A DNA stretch of 64,000 nt from the human T2T-CHM13v2.0 reference genome, Homo sapiens. The stretch is from assembly GCF_009914755.1 (NCBI RefSeq), contig NC_060936.1; one strand, given 5' to 3'. The notes below the pieces were generated by a model that worked only from the letters and a program-made list of their open reading frames with translations, searched no databases and was not told the origin of the DNA. A program made the position numbers and the translations under genes. Below are positions 1 through 13,295 of the stretch, piece by piece; positions within the stretch are counted from its first letter, which is position 1; each line of letters opens with the position of its first letter.

Positions 1-440
1 CATCGATCTATCAGTAGTTCAATTATTCATGAGAGGGAAATTTGCAATCTCACAAGACAGCACATATTTAAAGAATGATTATAGAAAATATATGTGATCT
101 GATGAGAGTCTCCTCCAAGGAGAGAAAAACTAATGGTGATTGTCAACTTTCATGAATATTTTAACAAATAAATAAACTCAATGTGATAAAGTCTGCTTTA
201 TAACGTATTCTACTGCTTCCTCTCCAGTGTAATTTCATGAATAACTACAGAAATCACACACTTAACTCTCATCTCAATATATAATTTAGCTATTATTGAA
301 TCTTCTTGCACTAAGAGAACATTTAAATTATGCTTTTAGTCTTCTACTTTTGGCCTTTTTTTTTTATTACCTTTCTCTAGTTTTTTAAAATCAAAGTTTA
401 CTAAAATATTTAAAAGAGAAATTAGAGCAACTAAGTCTTT

Positions 441-732
441 TTAAATTTTTTATTAGTATGGTTAAATAATAGTTGTACATATTTATAAGGTACATGTGAT
501 ACTTTGATATAAGTATACAATATGTAATGATTAAATAAGGATAATAGAGTTATCCATCATCTCAAGTATTTATCATTTCTTTGTATTTGGAGCATTCCAA
601 TTCAACTGGCTTAATTTAAAATGTACAATAAATTATTGTTAATTTTGGTCACTCTTTTTTGCTACTGAACACCCGCTCTTATTCCTTCTATCTTACTATA
701 TTTTTGTACCCATTAACCATCCCCTCTTTATT
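441..732 (-). mobile_element. Old L1 (L1MA-type) 3' UTR fragment
   Basis: Antisense L1MA 3'-end text: 'ataatagttgtacatatttataaggtacatgtgatactttgatataagtatacaatatgtaatga...tttgtacccattaaccatcccctc'. Confidence 0.75.
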
Positions 733-1900
733 GTTCTTTCTAATGTTTAATAGGAAAGTGGTATTTATCTTGATCTACTATATGGAGGAGAGATTTTAAA
801 AATAACTTTAGATACTGTATTTGGAAGGAAACTAACATATTTAAATGAAGACCACAATTAAATGTTTTTAAATATAATGCATGTTTCTTTAATATAAATG
901 AATTATATATAATGTAATGTATATTTCCTTTGGTAGATATTAATTTGGAAAAATTTTTAGGTATGAGATATAATTACCTAGAGGCCTAGAAACTTGGGTA
1001 AGTAGTTTATCTTTAGTTCTATAATTATTTTTTTCCATTATATTTTGGGTACTAAATAAATGTCTCTTTGATTACAGATCTAAGCCTGATATCCTAGTAG
1101 GGAATAACATATGTATATTAGGACTAGGCCACGGTTTATCTTTTTTTCTGTTTACTTTTTACTTCATTTGAGAAATCGTTTCTCCTAATCACAAGTAAAA
1201 TATGAACATACTTTAAGTCTGGAAATCAGCAATTCAAAAACTAAAGTGTACAAATACATAAATCCATGAGTTTAAAGAAAGACAGTAGAAAGACAGAGTT
1301 ACATAATAAATTTTGTTATGTGTAGGCACCAGCAAGTTTTTTCTTATAAATTAAGACCTAAGTTAGACACAAATAACTAAGACAATGGTGACTTGAAATG
1401 CTAGAAACATTGCGGGGTAACATTGCCAAAAACAAGTAAGCAAACAAGAAAAAGCCCCAGAGATCAATGTGAGTCAAAAACGTAGTGTAAGTAGTATGTT
1501 GTCACTGCATAGTTACTTCATGAGTCAATTACTGATATAGATAGATTTTTAATAGTATAAAACAAAAGTTTTTTGAATTATACAGTGTAGCTTATTAATT
1601 ATCCATTGTAAAAGTTACAATAGCAACTATTTAGGGCATTTGCCTCATTCCACATGATGTATGGTAATGTTATTGCAGCCCAAAGCACTGATATTTCTCT
1701 ATTATTCCTTTGTTTTAAATTTCTATTCTTTTTTATTTAAAATGGGCCACAAATTATAGTTTCTGTGTTATACTAGCCAGTGTACAGTTGGGACTCATTA
1801 CTGAGTATAGAATTCTACAACACTGTAAGACAGATAAGATCAAGAGTTCTCAACAAGAGTTGGACACATAAGATAAAAGTAAAGCCTTTATAACAAACCA

Positions 1901-1970
1901 AAATTCACTGAATTGCACACTTAAAATAGATCAGTTTTGGGGTGTGCAAATTATATATCAATAAAGTTAC
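1901..1970 (+). mobile_element. L1M 3'-terminal fragment
   Basis: 'aattcactgaattgcacacttaaaatag...gtgcaaattatatatcaataaagtt' resembles L1MB/L1ME 3' ends. Confidence 0.55.
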
Positions 1971-2299
1971 TTTTTTTTCTTTTGTTTTGTTTTAAGATAG
2001 AACCAGGAGAGGATTTCACTTCCAGCCATTATTGATTTGTGACTCGTAATTCTTAGGTCTTCTGTGAAATACTGTGGGGTCAATTACTCATGCCTCATTT
2101 TTATATTTTGAATTGCTCCTTTTTTCCAGATACATTCCCAACTTTAAAAATGCCCATTGAGCTTACATTCTTAAAAACAAACAGGAAACAAACAAAAATC
2201 TTTCTCTATCCCTACTTCCTTCTTTTCTGACTTCTAAGTTTTAGACTTAAGAAAGGAATAGTCTCTGTATTATTTCAACATCTTTAACACCTCCCTTTA

Positions 2300-2895
2300 C
2301 TATTGGGTTGAGAGTGACTTTGCAGAATTCACCAGTTACTCTTGAATTGCCAGCTATAATGATTTCTGTACAATTCTCATTTTTCTAGAACTCTATCAAG
2401 TAGGCGACACACTTAAGAAACTCTTTTCATTAAAGCAGTTTTTGTTTTTGGCTTCAGTGACCTATTTTTAACATGTTATATATTTTCTCTGGCCACACTT
2501 TTATACTGTTATTTTGTTTTTTGTTTATCTTGTATATCCCACCTCTCCCAGTCTTAAATTCTTCCCACTTATGTCCCCTGATTCTCTTGGCATTAACTGT
2601 CACACCTCTATAAAAATGGCATCCCAAACCCTAACTCTAGCCTTGACCTCTCTCTTTACTTTGGGTACATATATTCAACTTCCTTTTTGATCAATATAAC
2701 ATTTCTCACTAAACCTTAAAGCGAAAATCATCTGTCTTTCTCCAGACTCTATCTCCAATATCAAGTAATAGCATATCCATACATCTAGTCAACCATGCTA
2801 GGATAGTCAGGGTATCTAATTACTATGTTTTTTTTTTTTTAATTCTCTATATCCAATCAGTTACCAAGTCTTATCAATTCTATCTTGAAATTTCT
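2300..2895 (+). mobile_element. L2 LINE fragment (degenerate)
   Basis: L2-like motifs 'ctctagccttgacctctctc', 'catatattcaacttcct' and 'atccaatcagttaccaagtcttatcaattctatctt'. Boundaries approximate. Confidence 0.55.
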
Positions 2896-3339
2896 TTTAT
2901 ATATGAAACCTTTCTGTGTGTATATAATAATAAGCTCTTCCTAGGACTTAAAGGAAGGGAAAGGCTAATGTTACATATGCTGTCTGGGAACACAGCATTT
3001 CCTGAATACCTTACTCTTTGGTAACACCTAGGCGACCCTCCTGGCACAGAGTTTAGCCTAATGTAAAAGAACAAGTCTTCAGGGTCAGCACAGGATGAGT
3101 ACTATCACATATGGCATATTGCAGTGAATTAGAAAAAGATTCCTTCTGTAATATACATCCTTCTTTTTAAAAAAGTCACAATGTAAATTTTTTAAGAAAA
3201 ATATATTTTACTGCCATCTATGGGAAAAAGTCTGGAATGAATATACAAATCTGCATTGTCTATGCTCTGATATGTCGTGTTCTAAGGGGTGCATAAACTG
3301 CATGAGCACACATGGTAGCTCTGCGTAATGCTGTGCTTT

Positions 3340-3495
3340 TCAAACCCCGGTCCAACTGTTTAGTAGCTTAACCTTGGTAATATACTCAACAACTTTGAGC
3401 TTCAGATTCATCACCTATGGCATGATTAATAACAGTCTCTTTCAGTCAGTCTTTGGGAAGGGTAAATATGGAAATATGTATAAGTAATAAGCAAC
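3340..3495 (+). mobile_element. MIR SINE fragment
   Basis: MIR core-like 'accttggtaatatactcaacaactttgagcttcagattcatcacctat'. Confidence 0.5.
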
Positions 3496-3845
3496 TTCAA
3501 ATTTACCTGTAGATGTTTCCAGTCTACTGCCTCAAAAGCACATCATGACAAGATACCAGATTATGGAAGTCCTTACGCTAATGTAAAGGGGCAATGAAAA
3601 CACTGTTGGTTTTAACATTTCACTACAAATCATTAAACATGTCTTCAGGAATATTTATTTGAGGTCATTTCAAAAGAACCAGAGGAACAGTCATCCTATT
3701 TTTTTAATAACTCAGGATGTAGCCTGGAATCTAATTGTACCTGAATGTTGGACAAAACTATGTGAAGGCTTATTACCAAACTATAAAAAAGTATCTTGGC
3801 TTCACCATTTCCATGTTATCATCATATTTTATTGTTCTCCTATTT

Positions 3846-4064
3846 CAGAGGTCAGCAAAGCACAGGCCATGGACTATATCCAACCCCTGTACTGTTTTTG
3901 TAAATAAAGTTTTATTGGAACATAGCCACATGCATTCATTTATATACAGTCTAGGCTGCTTTCCTGATACAAGGGCAGAATTGGGTAGTTGTCACAGAGA
4001 CCATATGGTCTGGAAAGAACAAAGTATTTATCTGGCCTTTATGCAAAATATTTATGAACCCCTG
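3846..4064 (+). mobile_element. MER58A hAT-Charlie MITE, full length
   Basis: Ends 'cagaggtcagcaaa' and 'tttatgaacccctg'. Internal 'tgtttttgtaaataaagttttattggaacatagccac' matches recalled MER58A. Confidence 0.9.
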
Positions 4065-4589
4065 ATTTTTTATCCATTTTAAAATACCAATTCACTTGAC
4101 TTTCCATTTTGCTCAATTCTACAAATAGACAAAAAATATTATATTAATCTGGAGCATATTGAGTCTCATTTTGCCTTTCAAAGTATCTTTTATGAATGAA
4201 CATAAACCTAATTATAGCATGCTGGCTTAAACACGAACAATCCCTTAGGTTTTATCTTAAAAAACAAAACAAAACTAACCAAAAAAAACCTAAGACAAAG
4301 CAACTTGTTCATTTTTGCCAGATTTTTATTGGAACTACATAGAAAATATTTCCTATAAGAAATTGGCTCTCAACGACTGATTGTTTTGTCATTAAAATAT
4401 AATAGTGGGGAAAAGTCCATTTAGTAGTTTTAGAAGAGCCATGTTATTTGATGATACAGTGACTGAGTTAGTTGCCTGTTTGAAACTATTTTTGGTTGAT
4501 AGTCAGGAAATTCCATGAGTGCCTACTTCGTTCATTAAATCAAGTAGTTGAAACCTTTCCTTTTCATATGGAAAAATGACTAAAAATTA

Positions 4590-4720
4590 GGCAGCATATT
4601 GTTATGGAAAAATATGAACAGTCAGGTAGATGTAGTCTTACTCAAATACTAGCTGTATAATTTTGGGATAGACTTTAGTTTCCACATTTCTGAAAGCAAA
4701 ATAAATAATCTTTATTTTTT
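4590..4720 (+). mobile_element. MIR fragment
   Basis: 'ggcagcatattgttatggaaaa...tactagctgtataattttggga...agtttccacatttctgaaa'. Confidence 0.45.
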
Positions 4721-6194
4721 TAAGGATTTTTGATAATTATGTTAAAATCTTAGTAAATAACAGTTTCTTAATTAATAGTATGGTAAAGATTGAGTTCATT
4801 AAGTAAAATATGTCAAATTTACTCAGAATATTCTTCAAAAAGTCTATTTCTCAAATTTCCCCGTCTGTTTGTGTGAATTTATTTAGCAATTTGTTTTGTG
4901 TGCTACTTCTCATTCTTAAAAACAAGTTAAGAACTTAACCTTACTCACCTTTTTCCACTTACCTTTTAAAATAATTCTACCAAGGACACTTATAATTTAA
5001 AAGCTAGTTGTCTGGTATCATTTGGATGTGTAGATACAGCTAAAGGAATAATTAGTTATGGAGTAAGAAAATAAACAGCAAACCTTAAGAGATTAATTTT
5101 TTTATTGAGCTTTCCGAAGTCCTAAACATCAGTGGCCAGGGATTGAACCTTAATTATAAGTACAGCCTCCAAAAGCATTGCTGTCATTTAAGACATTCTT
5201 TTAAATGTGTTTCTTTAGAGTTAAGCCATGAAAGTGAAGTTTTCCTATTATTGACTGTAAAACAGTTAAGAGATGCTTTGGAATCCAACATAGAAGTTCC
5301 TCAAAGTTAAATGAAAATAAGAGCAGAAGTTAAATCTATTTTTAAAAGAAGAAATTGAATATAAAAAGTGTCATTGCCATTGATATCAAAGTGCAGGTAT
5401 AATCATAGTTCAGCAGGATATATTTTAGCTAGATTATGAAAGCTTTTCACAGATGAGTGCAGTTCAAAGCAATCTGATTCTGGTTTCTGTTTCTGCCATT
5501 GTTATGAGGACTCTTTTACATTGGAAGACTAAATCTCCCCAAACAGGTGTCATTCTGGAGCAAATTGAAAGAGTTTGAGCTTGGATTATAGTGAGGATTC
5601 CTAAGATCTTCTGGACCACGTGTCTTTCTCTTGAAAAGCCTTCAGACCGAAGTGTGTTCTCTTTTTATATCCTATTCTAGACCATAGTCCTACCATGCCT
5701 AAAAGTGACCTGCTTTGGAGATACGGCTGATCAGTACAGGTATATGGAAGAAATTCTCTGTGAATTTTGTAATTCACAAATTTTAAGAAGTTGCTATAAT
5801 TGTACAGGATGATCATGGGAAGCTATGTATCTCAGTTTGTCTACCTAAGATGGGCATCCTGGGAGGATGACAGGTGAACTTGTCACATACATATCCCAAT
5901 TGGGAAAAGGAATAAGGAATTATCTGAATGATTAGGTTTTGAAGTTTAAGACCCCTAGGAATTCAAAATATTCGAGAAGAAAATTCTGACAATGATCAAT
6001 AATTTATTTAGTTAACAACACTGTGGGCAGCTACAATATGGTTTCAGCTACAATATGGCAGCTACAGTATTTCAATTGATTCCCATGCTACCTATCAAAA
6101 TAAAATAAAATTTGAAAGTCTTTCTTATATTTGCATGTCTGATATTTTCATAGAGAGTGCCATTGTGTGAGAATAAAATGTCAAATTCTCTATT

Positions 6195-6293
6195 CTCGGG
6201 AGGCTGACATGGAGGGATCACTTGAGGACAGGAGTTTGAGGCCAGCCTGGGCAACACAGTGAGATTCCATCTAAGAAAAAAAAAAAAAAAAAA
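6195..6293 (+). mobile_element. 5'-truncated Alu monomer (FLAM/AluJ-like) with poly(A)
   Basis: 'gggaggctgacatggagggatcacttgaggacaggagtttgaggccagcctgggcaacacagtgaga' followed by an A tail. Confidence 0.85.
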
Positions 6294-9200
6294 CACCAAT
6301 CCTCATTTCAAGGTTCATCTCAAAAATCCATGAATCAAAAGAGGAGGCCTTTAAGGAGAGGTTAAGGCATTCTATTCAAGCCTCTTTTTTTTTTTCAGAG
6401 GTTCAGGGTTTGTTGAGTAGGAAGGTATGATGTGGCTCCTGGAATGATGCTCATACCAAAGGGTAGAATTTTCATTTTTAAAGAATTTTGCGCAAAAATG
6501 ATGGAAATCTTTTTTTTTTTTAATTTCTAAGGGTGATATGACTCATTAATGCATCAGGCTTTCTTTTACACTAGACAGCAATCACATACTCACTACTAAG
6601 GTTACCTCTGTTAGCAAGAGGTATCTCATCTATAAGCAGCTAATAATGGGAACCAAATAGATGAAATAAATCAGATGTGAAACAAATATAAGACCCTCGA
6701 AATGTAAGTGACCAGCAAAGAGAATAGTGCATCTTGGGACATAAGCTATGACTATATTAGACCTTCAAAGCCATATTTGCACAGATAGGTAAAGTGCTAG
6801 GAACAGGTGAATGCACAACCATACCTGTGGGACAAAAGGCCTCAGATGAGATAAAGAGTGAAGTCAGAAGAAGAGAGATTTTATATAAGCCACCAGAAGA
6901 CACAATAGCACTGCACTCTCACACTTGGGTCTCTGTCTCTTTGGACATCTGTCTTGACCATTCCAATAGAAAATTTAAATCTTGGTTCAGGCTGGGCCAT
7001 TGATCCTGGTCCCAGTCCTCTATTGAGTATGTGTCAGAGATTCCTGGGTGAACTTTCCTCTCTTTTCCTAAGGGTTCCATGGGAGACAAATATTTCTTCT
7101 GCATGTATTAGGAACAAACTTAAATGTGGTACAAATTTTGTTATTTTATTATCTTGTATGGGCTAATGGGAGGGTTAGTCATTGTTAAATTTCTGCCTCC
7201 CATTAAATTTCATCATTAATCAATTTTTTTAAACCAATATCTGGGTTGAAATGAGTCACCAAGGTGAAGAACTGGAACATAAAAACCCAAAAGCAACATG
7301 ATAAAGTGAATATAGCAGAATAAAAGGCCCTAAATTTAATTGTTTCTGTGTGTACACTGTGTCTTCTCAATTGTTCTCTATTATAGTCAGAATGGATCCT
7401 TATTGATTTATTTAACGCATGTTTATATTTTGGTTTCTGCATCTGATCTCATATTTTCTCAGGAGAATATAATGCTTTTCCTTTAGAATACAATGTTAAT
7501 TATCAAGGTAACTGAGATTTGGAAATTTAATGGGCTCTTTCTGTTCTCTTCCTACTATTAATTTTTTATTAGTCATCTTGAGAGAATAAATATTTTTAGA
7601 ATACCATCTGAATATAATTTTGTCTTGTCACATGAGAAATTGTTAATTTTTGAAGTTTAATTTTGTTACATAATAGTAATTTGAGTGAAACCATCCCCTA
7701 TTACCTATCTATCAATATGCACACATATTTTTTAAAAGTTCCAATAATAGTGTTGTACATCATAAAGTGGGACAAATTCAGCAGTGATATTAAAGTATTA
7801 TAGTTTTATTTGAAGTATTAATTTCTAATAGAAGTTGATAATGCTGAGTAAGATGGTGTTTTGGATATGAACCATTAACAGGCTTTGAAAAAATAAAAAA
7901 AAGGTCAAACCCTTTTAGCTTAAATGTATTTACTGATTTTATAAATGTAATTTATGAATATGCCAAAACCTTATATAATAGTCAAAACAACAACTTAAAA
8001 CTTCTTAGGGATTAAAATGCAACTGATCTTCTATAGAACAAATTGAAAATTTTTGCTAAAAGTAAGAACATTTTAATCTTCTAGTTAACTAACTATAGTT
8101 TCATAATTATTGATTTGTAGATATCCACTTTGGATCATTTCTAGTGTAGTTACTAGATGAGGTCTGTCTAACACTGAAATTTGCTGGAGGGACAATTGGA
8201 ATGATGCATATTTGAGGAAAATTTAGGAAAATTGGGTTACCCAAGTAGATGGAGGTGTATGGACTTATTTTGTTGATAAGAGAAAGTGATTTTTCCAGCT
8301 TCATAACTGATCCCCTGATTCCAGTATTCTCTACCTGAAAAATAATGGGCTGCATTTTATAATATCATAGTTGAGTGAAAGAATCCACAATCTATATGGG
8401 GTAGCCAAATAAAAAAAATTTAAAATGACGAATTATCTAGTTTTTCCAAGGTATAAAATGATGACTTAATCCTAACAGAAGCAATAGAGGAAGGGTGTGC
8501 ATGCTGTTGCCAGAGACATAAAGGAAATAAATATGACAGTATTTATGATAGATTAGATGAAAGGAATAAAGAAAAGAGGAGAGAAATTGGTTTTGGGGTT
8601 TCTTCTATAGCATAAGGGAAATTTTCAAATGAATGTAAGTAAGAGTATAAACTGTTTTGTTAGAGAACAATATGAGTTTGGTCTCTATTTTGCTTTTAAA
8701 GTACCAGTGGGAGCTCAGCTTCATTTATTCTATAGGACATAGAAAGTCGAGTGAAGAATAGAGTCAAAGATTGAGTCCTAGCTCCATTAAATATATTTAT
8801 TAAAGATTTTAGAGTGGGTGATTTCTCTGAAAGAATTAGTATAACAATAGAAGAACATAAAGCTGGCATTTTAAACATAATTATCAGATGAACAGTTTTG
8901 AATAAAATATAGCTGTGTGAGATCAAAAAATATATGTGAGAAGATGCAAGCTGAAAGCCAGTCTTGCCTCCTATAACTGACTCAAAAATCTCAAAAGATT
9001 TTGTGAGTTTTGAATTTGTTTTTTGTTAGTTTGCTTGACCTTAAAATGTTGACTTCTACAAAGTGAATAAAGTAGATTAAAGGCTGATCATCAGACTCCC
9101 TTGATAATGCAAATTACATAGAACACAACTCTAGTAAACATCAATTTCAATATGTTATTGACAATGTGACTTCTCTTACCTTAAGCATTTTCTTTCATAT

Positions 9201-10765
9201 GGTATTATCACCATTCCAGTAACAATGTTTCAGGTAAAACATGATTTAAAACAACTTGTATTTTAGAATCACAACACTCCTTTACTCGTTGTGTGAAACA
9301 CGTAAATCAGGTAATAAAAAACCAAATAGATGAATAAAGAAGGGAAACTCTTCTTATGCTAGAAATTCATTTTGAGAGATGTCATTCATTAATGCTGAGG
9401 TAAATATTATAAAAATGAAAGACACTTTTTCTTAACATTAGTAAATAAAATATAGATGGAAATTATATGTGTAACATAGTTACAAATTTCTTACCAATTA
9501 ATTTCTTTATACTGACCATCTTCACTTGTAGATTAAATTTGTCAATTTTATGCTAAATTTTCAGCTAACAGTAAAGAAAAATAGATATTCTCTTCAAGAT
9601 TCCCACAGTGTAGTTAAAAATGTCAGCTATGTAAACAAATTATTACAGCATAGTGTAATCCCCTGTTACAGAAGCCCAAAGGGTGCTATTACTCATTTTG
9701 ACTGGGTGGTTCAGGACTAGGGAAAATATGAATCTTTATCAAACTTCTAAAAGAAAATATAATTTCTGAATTTAGACCTGCATTTGTCTGGAGATGAGTC
9801 TTCATATGGCGCTATCAATATATTTTTAGAAAGTGGGGATTTAAAATGTGAAACTTGCACCTGTGGTCTGCTACTTACTTTTCTCACACAGCAGTTCCCC
9901 CAATAGTAGTACTTTAGTTAAATGCATTAAGAAATTGAGTGGAAAAGCTTTGGTAATTGTTTTATTTAAGGTAATGGAACTTATATACAGGCAATGCAAT
10001 GAGTCACTTCAGTTTTTCAAGATAAATTGAGATAGTTTTAAAGATTATATCGAGGGTTCTCTTTCTGGCAGGTTATAAATGAAAAACTCTAAAATGTGAC
10101 TGTAAGAAACTTGTTTTTAAATGTTTTGCTGAGCGGGCTAGAAAAGAAAGTATTCCAAGAGGATAAAGATGAAGTGAAAGCAGGGACCCTGAGAGGCAAG
10201 CAAGTGCCAAGCTTGGAATGTAAGATAAAGCCTGGTTTGCCCAAGTTGGAGACTGATAGAAAAGCTCCCCAGAGAGCAGGATCCCAAAGGGCAATACTGT
10301 AAGAACAGGTTCAACAGGGTCGTGTTCTATATGGGAAATAAACCTATCACTGGGAATATACATCAAAGAAATGTACTTACCCACACCTTGCCACTGATTG
10401 GATTGGCACAAATCTGCCCTTAGAATTCAGAAATATAAGGTAGCTTTCACTCAGGTTTGGGGGCAGAATTCACCTGCGTGGTCCAACAAACCTCAACTGA
10501 TACTTTTGAGTGGTTACAGATTCATAGTCATGGGGTGGATGCAAAAGGAATCCTTCGTAGTGTGAACCTAAATTCAAGGCATTTCCTAGATACAGTTCTA
10601 AGGAAATGAGTAAATCGTCTGAAAATTATAAAATGTAAAAAATAAAATAGACTTAAAGCTAACAAAAGCGTGACAGGAGATCTAGACTTACAAAGATTTC
10701 AGATATTGGAAGTATCAGACACAGAAAAAAACTATTTAGTATTATATTAATTTTCTTTTGCTGTC

Positions 10766-11593
10766 TGTATTGTTCCATTTTTGCATCACTATGAAGAAAC
10801 ACCTACAGACGGGGTAATTTATAAAGAAAAGAGGTTTAATTGGCCCATGGTTCTGTAGGCTGTACAGGAAGCATGGTGCCAGCATCTCCTCAGTTTCTGG
10901 TGAGGCCTCAGGGAGCTTTCACTCATAGTGGAAGACGAAGTGGGAGCAGGCACGTCACGTGGCAAGGAAGGGGGTGAGAGAGAAGGGGGAGGTACTGTCT
11001 CACGTGTCCGTGTGAAGAGACCACCAAACAGGCTTTGTGTGAGCAACAAGGCTGTTTATTTCACCTGGGTACGGGCGGGCTGAGTTCAAAAAGAAAGTCA
11101 GCAAAGGGTGGTGGATTATCATTAGTTCTTATAGGTTTTGGGATAGGTGGTGGAATTAGGAGCAATGTTTTGTGGGCAGTGGGTGGATCTCACAAAGTAC
11201 ATTCTCAAGGGTGGGGAGAATTACAAAGAACCTTCTTAAGGGTGGGGGAGATTACAAAGTACATTGATCAGTTAGGGTGGGGCAGAAACAAATTACAATG
11301 GTGGAATGTCATCAGTTAAGGCTATTTTCACTTCTTTTTTGGATCTTCAGTTGCTTCAGGACATCTGGATGGCTTAGCTTGGGCTCAGAGGCCTGACGGT
11401 AGGATACTCTTTTAAACAACCAGATCTCACATTAACTAACTGAGGGAGGTTCACTTATTACCATGGGGATGGTGCTGTCATGTATGAGGGATCTGCCCCC
11501 ATGAGCCAATCACCTTGACCTGGCCTCACCTACAACATTGGGGATTACATTTCGACATGAGATTCAGAAGGGACAAACACCCAAACTACATCA
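10766..11593 (-). mobile_element. MSTB-type MaLR solo LTR, interrupted by LTR7
   Basis: Starts 'tgtattgttccatt' and ends 'ccaaactacatca'. Contains 'ggtaatttataaagaaaagaggtttaattggc'. 5-bp TSD CTGTC (10761-10765) / CTGCC (11594-11598). Confidence 0.9.
10996..11397 (-). mobile_element. HERV-H LTR7 solo LTR
   Basis: Reverse complement reads gtcaggcctctgagcccaagctaagccatc...ctgatgacattccaccattgt...cctataagaactaatgataat...aaataaacagccttgttgctcacacaaagcctgtttggtggtctcttcacacggac. TSD GGTAC/GGTAG. Minus-strand TATA at 11129-11133 and AATAAA at 11055-11060. Confidence 0.95.
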
Positions 11594-12209
11594 CTGCCAT
11601 AACAAATTATCACGCACATTGTGTCTTATGACAACAGCTCTGTAAAAACATAGTTCTGTAGGTCAGACGTCCAGTATGGACATTACCAGACTAAAATCAA
11701 GGTATTGTTAGGTTATATTTCTTTCTTGAGACTCTATGGGAAAATCATTCTCCGACTCATTTGGGTTATTGGCAGAAGTCAGTTTCTGTGGTTATAGGAC
11801 TGAGCTCCTTATTTTCTTGTGCTGCTCTAGGTTGAAGGTTGCACTCAGCTTCTAAAGGCCACAGAATGCCTTTGTGTACCACCTCTTCATCTTCAAAGCC
11901 AGCAACAGCTGATTAAGTCCTTCTCACATCACATCTCTCTCTAGCCCTTTCAGTCTAAGCTGGCAGTGTTTCTGGTGATATGAAATTCTCAACAACTCTG
12001 TGAGTGTCTTGTGTATGTCACAAGGCTTTACTTCATTAGATAAGAGGCATGTCCATGGATCTTTCCAAGGTGATCCCTTCATTTTTGGCTTCTGCTGAGA
12101 TGGCTGAAGGGACTTATAAGGTAGAAGATGTTTACAAAGTGGTTGCTTTGAATATTATTAGTAGAAGTATGGGCATTAGAGACTGTTCAATCTTCAGAAC
12201 TGGAAATCC

Positions 12210-12395
12210 AAGGGAAACTGAAGCAGGATAAATTAAAAGAAAATTATGCCTAAACACATAAAAATAAAATGCAGGACGTCAACAATAAAGAAGAACTGGA
12301 AGCAGAGAAACAAGGGAAAGCATCAGTGAAGGAAAGGCAATTGGACTGATAACTTCTAAATTGCAACAATGGAATCCAGAAGATACTAGAATGTG
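12210..12395 (+). mobile_element. Ancient L1M ORF1 fragment (continues a fragment near 10650-10740)
   Basis: 'ggataaattaaaagaaaattatgcctaaacacata...gactgataacttctaaattgcaacaatggaatccagaagatactagaat' resembles the L1M ORF1 region. Confidence 0.5.
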
Positions 12396-13295
12396 GGATC
12401 TATCTAGAAGATTCCATCTCTCTGTCAATACTTTCCGTGTCACTCTGCTCACTTCCATCTTTCAGTTATACATTATTTAACCGGCCTCATTATTGTATTT
12501 ATTCCCTTGTCCTTTAAATTCAGTTTAACACTTCTAATATCTAATAAATGAGTATAAATCTGTGTCACATATTTAATTATTCATTTATTCAACCAATATT
12601 TGTCATCAGCTCACTATGATGTTCGTTATAGGCCAAGATTTACTGGAATACTGGGGATATATTAAAAAATCTGCCTCTATATCAAGTTATTTATTTATAT
12701 CAATTTTTCCAATTTAGAAGTTGTAAGTATAAAGTCATACTGTTCATCCTATTTATAATATAACCTCTCAATTGTTTATCACTTAAAAACCTTTATCTTT
12801 ATAACTTTTATCTTATATAATTTTCGAACAATTCCATGGTCTCTCCTAAATGTTACAGTTGACTCAGGACTTGGCAGCTATCATCAATCAACAATAATTT
12901 GTTTAGCACCAAATATGTGCTCACTACTCTGCTTAGCACTTTTGGGCACACGGGGAAAAGTGTTACAGCACAGCTGCATCTTTCAGTGTCATTAGAGACT
13001 ATTCATTATATTGCATTTGGCAGACTCCGCTTTTTGTTATTTTTATAATTGAATTATTTTGGATTTTTAATAACTTCTAGTTCCTCATCACTTGTATTAG
13101 AATAAATTATAGAATAGATGTTCAAAGTTGTTGCTTTATTTTTCTGAGCATGACTAATATAAGAAAATCTCATGACTTTTCATTTCATTTCATCAAAACA
13201 AGAATTCTTTATTAAGTAAAAGTAAATCCAGGCAGTCACAGGGATTTAGTGCCTGAGATTCAATGAAGAATAAAATAAAATAACTGAATTTTTTC

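Larger units (their letters stand above)
10743..11945 (-). mobile_element. MLT1 (MLT1D-like) MaLR LTR, interrupted by MSTB
   Basis: 'tatattaattttcttttgctg' resumes after the MST as 'ccataacaaattatcac...agttctgtaggtcagacgtcc...ttggcagaagtcagtttctgtggttataggactgag'. Confidence 0.75.

Noticed and set aside
3210-3224. CTCF-like 'ctgccatctatggg'
   Set aside because: Only a partial match to the core motif; chance occurrence likely.
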